A model generated the notes under the pieces. The model was not told where the DNA came from. It saw only the letters and a list, made by a program, of their open reading frames with translations, and ran no database searches. Of a stretch of 52,423 nucleotides of DNA, positions 47,003 through 52,423 are shown piece after piece. A program made the position numbers and the translations under genes. This DNA is from Syntrophomonas sp. UBA4807 (GTDB lineage Bacteria; Bacillota; Syntrophomonadia; Syntrophomonadales; Syntrophomonadaceae). The stretch covers positions 1 to 52,423 of the forward strand of contig DHGD01000149.1 of the NCBI GenBank assembly GCA_002402575.1, read 5' to 3'. Every line of letters begins with the position of its first letter. Position 1 is the stretch's first letter.

Positions 47003-47191
47003 ATGAAGCTGGCATGCTTATTCGGGCACCGCTGGAAGGGCTGCGTCTGCCGCCGCTACGGCACAAAGGCTCATGAGTACAGTGACCGCCACAAGTGGGA
47101 ATATCTTGGAACTGAGGAGATGGGATGCTCTCTCTCATCGTCGCGTGGAAGCGGGCAGTATCTTGACTCATGCTATGGTGCGGATTGTTAA
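47003..47191 (+). CDS. small Cys-rich protein (C..GH.W...C.C type), possibly interrupted by a TAA
   Basis: 62-aa ORF with a GAGGGGG RBS. The N-terminus MKLACLFGHRWKGCVCRRYG resembles small prophage-type zinc-ribbon proteins. The reading frame stays open for 27 more codons after the TAA (FCDANNRVNYIYICQTCGMKKTTSFKL, ending at 47275). Confidence 0.45.
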   Translation: MKLACLFGHRWKGCVCRRYGTKAHEYSDRHKWEYLGTEEMGCSLSSSRGSGQYLDSCYGADC

Positions 47192-47374
47192 TTCTGCGAT
47201 GCGAACAACCGGGTTAATTACATCTATATTTGTCAAACATGCGGCATGAAGAAAACCACTTCTTTTAAGTTGTAACATCAGGAGTGAAACTATGGATAAA
47301 CTTTACGCGATGCTGCGACAGGCCGAAGAGACAGAGGCTCTGGCGCAAAGCTGACGGAAGACGCCGGTTTAGCT

Positions 47375-47722
47375 TTGCCAGACGCTCCTTCTCCAGAAAT
47401 CAGAAAGTGCTCCGACCAATCTGACGCTATGTCTTTATTTGAAAAAGCTTGGGAGCTGTATCAGCAGGTGGAAACACAAGTAAGGATGCAACTGGATGAT
47501 ATGGGCAGCGAGGAAAGCAACCTTTTACTTGCACAGACCTTGTTAGACATTCATATTCATCCGAATTCGGGCCTGAAACGGGATACCCCCGCACTTTGGG
47601 AATCTCAGTATCTCTGGCTCGAGCTGTATTTCCAAACCCGAAATGAGGCATATCTGGAAAAAGCGAAGCTTTGTGAGGGGATACGAAATGCCCACGTAGA
47701 AAAAATTGTACAAGGAGGATAA
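47375..47722 (+). CDS. hypothetical helical protein (start uncertain, possibly frameshifted)
   Basis: The ORF is open from 47300. There is no convincing RBS at TTG 47375 or ATG 47429. A well-initiated 20-codon ORF (47292-47354, AGGAG RBS, MDKLYAMLRQAEETEALAQS) lies just upstream in the frame displaced by one nt. Confidence 0.4.
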   Translation: MPDAPSPEIRKCSDQSDAMSLFEKAWELYQQVETQVRMQLDDMGSEESNLLLAQTLLDIHIHPNSGLKRDTPALWESQYLWLELYFQTRNEAYLEKAKLCEGIRNAHVEKIVQGG

Positions 47723-47725
47723 CCG

Positions 47726-48565
47726 ATGAAACGACTGCTTTTTGCCGGATTGATATTGACCCTATGCTTGTCGCTGTGTTCATGCGGTTCAACAGGCGAA
47801 AGTTCTGATCAGGCTTCAGACGCTGGCCGTTCAGCAGATACCCTTGAGAACGAACCGACTGTGTCGGTAACGGAACATACCGCGCAACCGAGCGCCACCT
47901 CACAGACCGAAGAATCAAATCCCGGCGTTGCGTTCCCCTTTGAAGACGATGAAGGGCGCACACGCTACCGTTTGGTGATAAACGGCACAGAGGTCGAGAC
48001 GGGAAACTACCCCTTTACACTCCCGGATGAGCCAAACAGCGGCTATTATCCGATTGAGGACGTGCTGAACTGTTTTGGCGTGGCCTGCCTGACAAATGAA
48101 GATAAGAGCGCCTGTGCAACGGTAATTAACAATGCTCTCATTCAGGTATTCGCAGATTCGCCTACGCTGACCTACGGCAGCAAGACAATTTCTGCCGTGG
48201 ACACCAAGGTTGTTCCTGTTGTGGTTGAAGGAGCTTTATATGTCCCCAGTTTCTTTCTGATGCAGCTTTCAGACAGCAGTATTGTGGATTTCAGCGATGA
48301 CCGAAGCGCGGCGACTCTGGAAACTGATATCGTCGTGGATGCATCAATATCGGGGCTTGTCGGCGTTGATACCAGCATGCTCGAACGAGGCGGTTCCGGT
48401 CAGGTCGTAACCAATGGAATACACCGTTGCCCGAGGTGCGGGGGAGCAGGTGGGCGTAACGTAGCAGTTCAAGATAAGTATTGGAATCAAGGTCAATGGA
48501 TACCGACACTGAAAAGCTCATGGGAGGTTTGCCCTTACTGTGGCGGCAGTGGCACGGTAAACTGA
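47726..48565 (+). CDS. lipoprotein with Cu-amine-oxidase-N-terminal-like (stalk) domain and C-terminal DnaJ-type CxxCxGxG zinc finger
   Basis: AGGAGG RBS. Signal and lipobox: MKRLLFAGLILTLCLSLCSCGS. The central RYRLVINGTEVETGNYPF...YYPIEDVLNCFGV...VVVEGALYVPSFFLMQL fits the V.vNG......p....g...vPlr.i.e.lG pattern of Clostridial stalk domains. The C-terminus is CPRCGGAGG...CPYCGGSGTV. Confidence 0.7.
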   Translation: MKRLLFAGLILTLCLSLCSCGSTGESSDQASDAGRSADTLENEPTVSVTEHTAQPSATSQTEESNPGVAFPFEDDEGRTRYRLVINGTEVETGNYPFTLPDEPNSGYYPIEDVLNCFGVACLTNEDKSACATVINNALIQVFADSPTLTYGSKTISAVDTKVVPVVVEGALYVPSFFLMQLSDSSIVDFSDDRSAATLETDIVVDASISGLVGVDTSMLERGGSGQVVTNGIHRCPRCGGAGGRNVAVQDKYWNQGQWIPTLKSSWEVCPYCGGSGTVN

Positions 48566-48635
48566 TCAGGGCGCGTTGTGAAACTCAGCGATATCCACGG
48601 CGTCTACACGTTAAGCGGTGAGTTTTGGAAGGTGA

Positions 48636-49094
48636 ATGCGTATGTGGCGGTGTTTATTCAAAGGGCTTGATTGGGACAGCAGGCTTGAGGCGCACCAGCT
48701 TAAAATGATACAGCGGACCAAAAGAGATATTCAACTTTTTCGGTTATGGAAGAAAAGCCCCTATATCGAGGTGCGTATTGCGGCCATTTATAAACTACAA
48801 AATCAAGAATTGCTTTCCCATATCGCTCAGACAGAACATGTAGACGAGCTGCGCTATGAGGCCGTAAGAAAACTGACGGATAAAACCCTGCTTGCCAAAA
48901 TCGCAATTGAGGATGAGAGCGATAATATTCGGTATGTCGCACATCGTAAGTATGCCTGCCGTAAGGGGGTCAATTTGTGGGATGCCTCCGGAATGGATGC
49001 GGACGTGGAAAAGGTGCTCTCTGCGATTATGGAACGTAATGCCCACCTGCACTTTCTCGCAACAGGTCAGAGAATTGATGAGGAATGGTGGTGA
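48636..49094 (+). CDS. small HEAT-repeat (PBS-lyase-type) protein
   Basis: Three degenerate repeats: YIEVRIAAIYKLQNQELLSHIA, VDELRYEAVRKLTDKTLLAKIA, SDNIRYVAHRKY. GGAAGGTG RBS. The stop overlaps the next gene's ATG (ATGGTGGTGA). Confidence 0.6.
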   Translation: MRMWRCLFKGLDWDSRLEAHQLKMIQRTKRDIQLFRLWKKSPYIEVRIAAIYKLQNQELLSHIAQTEHVDELRYEAVRKLTDKTLLAKIAIEDESDNIRYVAHRKYACRKGVNLWDASGMDADVEKVLSAIMERNAHLHFLATGQRIDEEWW

Positions 49095-50275
49095 ATCCCG
49101 ACCGAATGGCGGAAGCCCCGGTGGTAAATACAATGAGTACAGTAAAAGAGATTTCAATTCGATGCGCCGTTTGTGGCATAGAGAGCAAACAAGCAGTATT
49201 GTCTTCATACAGCCTGTTGAGTGAACCTGACCTGGATTTTCGGCCAGCTCCAATGCTGCGCTGGGCAATGAAATATTGGTTGATGGAGTGTCCAAGCTGC
49301 GGGTATGTGGCAAAAAGTCTACGCAGATGGCCATGGGCCGCCAAGAAAACTTTACGCCAGATTTACAGCGGGCTAGATGCAAATCTGCCTTTTTCCGCAC
49401 ATGTCTTTCATAAACAGGCGCTGTATTGCGAATATGTCCGGCACACTACCGGTGCGTTGCGTGCCTATCTTTACGCGGCATGGGCCTGTGACGATGCGGA
49501 GGATGATATTCACGCTATGGCCATGCGGCTCAAATGTCTGGAACTGACACAGAAAAAGCTGCACTGCTGCCGCCGCAGTAAATGGCGCAAGCACATGCAG
49601 CTCATTGCTGACCTGCAGCGCCGAACTCAGAATATTGCGGCCCTGCGCGCTATGGACACGAATGACCGTCGGCTTGATTATACGACACGCGAGCTACTGA
49701 TTTATCAAAAGGCTCTTGCGGAAAAACATGATTTTTCAGCGCATAACCGGGCCGAGATCGACTTGGAGCCATTTGATAATTATAATGAAAGGAAGTCTAG
49801 TGACGGCCCTGATCCGTCCTATGAACTTGAAGCAGATCTGGCACAGGCATTGTCCATGCATCCAGCGGACCGTACAGAAGCATTGGAAAGGCTTGATTGC
49901 CTGCGTCCACATGAACTGAATCTGCCGTACCATGCGTATGACGCATTGCTGCGGCAGCATCGGGGCTTGCCTGTAAGCACAGATAATCCATATGATGTCG
50001 AGGACATTGCCAAGGTTGTAAACAGCGAGTTTCTCGATATAGTGGAAACCTTTGCGGTGCCGCATAGCATGGTGCGTGAGCGGGTTACGCTTCAAAACAA
50101 AACATGCATGGCAATACTGTATCAGCTTTATACCAGTCCGTATCTTGAGAAAGAATGGAAGAATTATGCCAATGCGCAGGAACGGTTATACCTGATGCGT
50201 ATTGACGATTTGTTCTCCGATGATAGCTATCTGGTCGGATTGATCGAACCGAGAACACTTGATAAGCCTAAATAG
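49085..50275 (+). CDS. DUF2225-like zinc-ribbon protein with long uncharacterised C-terminal domain
   Basis: The N-terminus IRCAVCGIESKQAVLSSYSLLSEPDLDFRPAPMLRWAMKYWLMECPSCGYVAKSL fits the DUF2225 arrangement (CPvCg..f....v......d.Dl......p..Y.v..CP.CGYa). The rest is helical with no motif I recognise. Alternative start at ATG 49133. Confidence 0.55.
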   Translation: MVVNPDRMAEAPVVNTMSTVKEISIRCAVCGIESKQAVLSSYSLLSEPDLDFRPAPMLRWAMKYWLMECPSCGYVAKSLRRWPWAAKKTLRQIYSGLDANLPFSAHVFHKQALYCEYVRHTTGALRAYLYAAWACDDAEDDIHAMAMRLKCLELTQKKLHCCRRSKWRKHMQLIADLQRRTQNIAALRAMDTNDRRLDYTTRELLIYQKALAEKHDFSAHNRAEIDLEPFDNYNERKSSDGPDPSYELEADLAQALSMHPADRTEALERLDCLRPHELNLPYHAYDALLRQHRGLPVSTDNPYDVEDIAKVVNSEFLDIVETFAVPHSMVRERVTLQNKTCMAILYQLYTSPYLEKEWKNYANAQERLYLMRIDDLFSDDSYLVGLIEPRTLDKPK

Positions 50276-50320
50276 CCTTGCCGAATTCTCTGCGGTCTGC
50301 ATACATCATTATATTGAAAC

Positions 50321-50354
50321 GCCAAAGTGTAAATCCACGCTTTGGTGTTTTTTC
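50321..50354 (+). terminator. intrinsic terminator of the six-gene cassette, copy 2 of the 34-nt repeat
   Basis: GCCAAAGTGTAAATCCACGCTTTGGTGTTTTTTC lies 46 nt after the stop at 50275. It has the same stem as 45816-45849, with one loop substitution. Confidence 0.7.
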
Positions 50355-50430
50355 ATCTGAAAGTATTTTTCTCAGGTAAGATGAACATATCAAAAGATTA
50401 TTAAAAACTACTCATAAGAAGGAACGCCTC

Positions 50431-50625
50431 ATGATTTATCTTACAGGAGATATTCACGCTTCCCATGGTTTTGAAAGGCTTTCGGATAAAGGCTTCCCCG
50501 GACAAAATGGGCTTGCAAAATCCGATTACGTGATTATTTGCGGCGATTTTGGGTGTGTGGGATGGCGGCAAGCAAGATCAATACTGGCAGGATTGGTTAC
50601 AGGAGAAGCCCTTCACGACACTTAA
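50431..50625 (+). pseudogene. calcineurin-like metallophosphoesterase, frameshifted and 3'-truncated
   Basis: Frame a: MIYLTGDIHASHGFERL...SDYVIICGDFG (motifs GD.H and GD). Continuity resumes in another frame from about 50552 (VWDGGKQDQYWQDWLQEKPFTTL). The slip is in GATTTTGGGTGTGTGGGAT. The expected GNHE motif never appears. Instead an RBS and a new ORF start at 50639. Confidence 0.6.
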
Positions 50626-50638
50626 AGGAGGCTGTGAC

Positions 50639-50953
50639 ATGACATACGCCAACTGGAGAAGCATGGACGATACGGCCGCTATGCGGGGCGTGCGTTCCGA
50701 TATGACCAGAGAAGAGCTGATCGAGGTGGCTTATGGGGCGCGTTCCGGCGCCGCAAGGAGAATTGCGGTGGTATATCTTGATGATCCTGAAATCACGCGA
50801 GCCTTTGCATTGGAAGACCGTGATCCCATGGTGCGGCGAGGACTTGCCCGCAGATTGACAAATGCGGCGTCTTTAGAGCAACTGCTGGATGACGCAGATT
50901 CCTCCGTCAGAAAAGCGGCGGCGGATACGCTTAAAAAGCTTCAGGAAAAATGA
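50639..50953 (+). CDS. small HEAT-repeat (PBS-lyase-type) protein
   Basis: AAAGGAGG RBS 7 nt upstream of ATG 50639. Repeats: GAARRIAVVYLDDPEITRAFAL, EDRDPMVRRGLARRLTNAASLEQLL, DDADSSVRKAAADTLKKL. The tracked ORF from 50549 includes upstream pseudogene sequence. Confidence 0.65.
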   Translation: MTYANWRSMDDTAAMRGVRSDMTREELIEVAYGARSGAARRIAVVYLDDPEITRAFALEDRDPMVRRGLARRLTNAASLEQLLDDADSSVRKAAADTLKKLQEK

Positions 50954-50984
50954 ATTGATCTGGTCAAGCCTAAGCGGACAATAA
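50952..50984. repeat. left copy of a perfect 33-bp inverted repeat (IS3-type end)
   Basis: gaattgatctggtcaagcctaagcggacaataa is the exact reverse complement of 52360-52392. The internal TGATC...CCTAAGCG..GGACA resembles IS3-group terminal repeats as I recall them. Confidence 0.85.
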
Positions 50985-51200
50985 GAAGCTTTGTCGATCT
51001 TATCCTCCACAGGTTTTCTTTTTCGAAACGGCAGACAACCTTTACTTTGTAAGATTAAAACGCAACCCTTTTCTCCCGATTCGGTTGCATTTACTTTGTC
51101 TATTTAACAATTCGGAATATTATGATTAAAAAAGGCAATAATATTGTTGTTATTATTCCGTTGATGAGGTATACTATTAAAATACACAGGAGGTGATGGC

Positions 51201-52118
51201 ATGGAATACATTACGGTAAAACAGGCTTCTGAGCGGTGGGGCATATCCGATCGCCGAGTTCGCGTGCTTTGCGAGGAGGGGCGGATACAAGGTGTTATCA
51301 GAAAAGGCCGTTCTTATCTTATTCCTGCGGATACACTTAAACCAATTGACAGACGCAGTCTCCGTGGCAAGGAGATTCCGGAACAATACACTGAACTCTT
51401 TGCAGCTGTCGATGAGATGAAGGCAGAGCTTGACCGTCGGCGTCCGTTGACAAGCGGGGAATTAAAACGTTTGCAGGACGAATTCCTCGTGGAATTTACG
51501 TACAACTCAAACGCAATTGAAGGTAACACGCTCACACTTCAGGAAACTGCACTTGCCTTGGAGGGTGTGACGATTGACCAAAAACCCCTCAAAGATCACC
51601 TAGAGGCGGTGGGGCATCGCGATGCGTTTCTTTATGTTGTTTCTCTTGTCAGTGAAAAGCTTCCTGTTTCGGAACGGATTATCCGTGAAATCCACGCCCT
51701 CGTTTTGATTGACAGACCGGAAGATAAAGGTGTGTACAGGAAAATTCCAGTGAGGATTATGGGTGCGCACCATGAACCTCCGCAACCTTATCTTGTTCCT
51801 GTTCAAATGGAACAGTTGATTGCGGAGTTATCCAGTGATAACCGGCATATCATAGAAACAGCAGCGTTGTTCCATCTGAATTTCGAGGGAATTCATCCGT
51901 TCATCGATGGAAACGGTCGCACCGGCCGGTTGATATTGAACCTCATGCTCATGCAGGCTGGCTACCCGCCTATTGACGTGAAATTTTCCGATAGGCGAAA
52001 ATATTACGCTTGTTTTGACAGTTATTATCGGGACAATGACGCATCTCCGCTGGTGAATATGGTCGGAGAGTATGTAAAAGAAAGACTTTCACAGTATTTG
52101 AGTCTGTTTCAAGAATAA
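51201..52118 (+). CDS. fic: Fic-family protein (AMPylase-type) with N-terminal HTH
   Basis: 305 aa with the canonical Fic motif HPFIDGNGRTGRL. An auto-inhibitory-helix-type motif SNAIEGN ([S/T]xxxE[G/N]) lies about 115 aa upstream of it. The N-terminal HTH is ITVKQASERWGISDRRVRVLCEEGRIQGVIRKGRSYLIP. AGGAGG RBS. Confidence 0.9.
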   Translation: MEYITVKQASERWGISDRRVRVLCEEGRIQGVIRKGRSYLIPADTLKPIDRRSLRGKEIPEQYTELFAAVDEMKAELDRRRPLTSGELKRLQDEFLVEFTYNSNAIEGNTLTLQETALALEGVTIDQKPLKDHLEAVGHRDAFLYVVSLVSEKLPVSERIIREIHALVLIDRPEDKGVYRKIPVRIMGAHHEPPQPYLVPVQMEQLIAELSSDNRHIIETAALFHLNFEGIHPFIDGNGRTGRLILNLMLMQAGYPPIDVKFSDRRKYYACFDSYYRDNDASPLVNMVGEYVKERLSQYLSLFQE

Positions 52119-52123
52119 AAGTG

Positions 52124-52157
52124 GCCTCGCGGTTTTTCTCCGCGAGGCTGTTTTGTT
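52124..52157 (+). terminator. intrinsic terminator of fic
   Basis: GCCTCGCGG-tttttct-CCGCGAGGC (9-bp perfect stem) followed by TGTTTTGTT, starting 6 nt after the fic stop. Confidence 0.75.
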
Positions 52158-52250
52158 ACGGCTTGGCTCGGCGAATCGCATCGACGTCATTTAAAGCTCT
52201 GTTGTGAAGCCGATAAACCCATATGGAGAACCGTTGAAATCCAGACATAG

Positions 52251-52412
52251 ATGAAACAGGAAGTAAGGGAGTACATAGAAGTGTTTTACAATCGGCAGAG
52301 GCTGCATTCTAAAATTGGTTACCTCTCGCCTTGTGATTTTGAAAGGGTTAATTCCAGCTTTATTGTCCGCTTAGGCTTGACCAGATCAATTCTGTGCATT
52401 GAGGCTGATTAA
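52251..52412 (+). pseudogene. IS3-family transposase (orfB) C-terminal remnant
   Basis: MKQEVREYIEVFYNRQRLHSKIGYLSPCDFERVNS... matches the rve-domain tail (i..YIe.fYNr.R.HS.lGY.SP..FE). It is only 53 codons long and is preceded by a stop. Its 3' end runs into the right 33-bp inverted repeat. Confidence 0.7.
52360..52392. repeat. right copy of the perfect 33-bp inverted repeat
   Basis: ttattgtccgcttaggcttgaccagatcaattc is the reverse complement of 50952-50984, checked base by base. Confidence 0.85.
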
Positions 52413-52423
52413 GAACCCGTGTA

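Noticed and set aside
48795-49400. 201-aa minus-strand ORF (and others at 49027-49344, 49736-50095) antisense to the HEAT and DUF2225-like genes
   Set aside because: The translations are Cys/Pro/Leu-rich with no RBS. They fully overlap plus-strand genes that have RBSs, coupling and recognisable motifs.
50944-52400. Target-site duplication flanking the 33-bp inverted repeats
   Set aside because: The flanks (ggaaaaat | tgtgcatt) share no direct repeat. If the true IS ends are TGATC/GATCA, the extra 4 nt are themselves inverted (GAAT/ATTC), not direct. So recent transposition at this site is not supported.
32300-52423. Prophage or integrative conjugative element
   Set aside because: No integrase/recombinase, capsid, tail, terminase, relaxase or T4SS genes are present. 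The excisionase-type HTH domains occur as N-terminal modules of other proteins.

Overview
No database or structure search was possible, so all calls come from reading the sequence and the ORF track. The 52,423-bp window reads like a Gram-positive, Clostridia-type chromosome. That is an inference from SLH domains, a PadR-DUF1048 operon, a Cu-amine-oxidase-N-type lipoprotein and a Bacillus-like tRNA-Trp. Layout: (i) 0-3.1 kb, minus strand: an alpha/beta hydrolase overlapping a membrane-anchored MurF-like ligase, then tRNA-Trp with its own promoter and terminator. (ii) 3.2-32.2 kb, minus strand: a membrane-anchored TPR protein, followed 62 nt later by one uninterrupted 27,747-nt ORF (9,248 aa). 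This ORF has a signal peptide, an acidic linker, GGxGxD motifs, kilobases of Gly/Ala/Val-rich filamentous beta-repeats, three Ig-like modules, about six tandem ~230-aa super-repeats, a Trp-rich amphipathic segment, a coiled coil and three C-terminal SLH domains. (iii) 32.3-38.1 kb: a GGCT-like gene and a complete Type III R-M pair (mod-res) of visibly lower GC. (iv) 38.1-45.9 kb: a decayed mosaic. It holds an IS3 orfA fragment, a Fic pseudogene, an HTH + hydrolase operon, a SAM-methyltransferase, a GNAT, an orphan group II intron RT fragment, tauE/safE flanked by an odd CCCCTGACAC repeat family, a PadR-DUF1048-DUF1048 operon with its last gene truncated, and an IS150-like end. (v) 45.9-50.4 kb: a six-gene plus-strand cassette (Zn-ribbon Nudix, Cys-rich peptide with in-frame TAA, split small ORF, chimeric lipoprotein, HEAT protein, DUF2225-like protein) bracketed by near-identical 34-nt terminator hairpins. 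(vi) 50.4-52.4 kb: a frameshifted metallophosphoesterase, a second HEAT protein, and an intact HTH-Fic gene enclosed by perfect 33-bp inverted repeats together with an IS3-type transposase 3' remnant. Best candidates for something new: the TPR + giant SLH-anchored fibre operon, the IS-shell Fic cassette, and the hairpin-bracketed Nudix/HEAT/DUF2225 cassette beside the R-M system.
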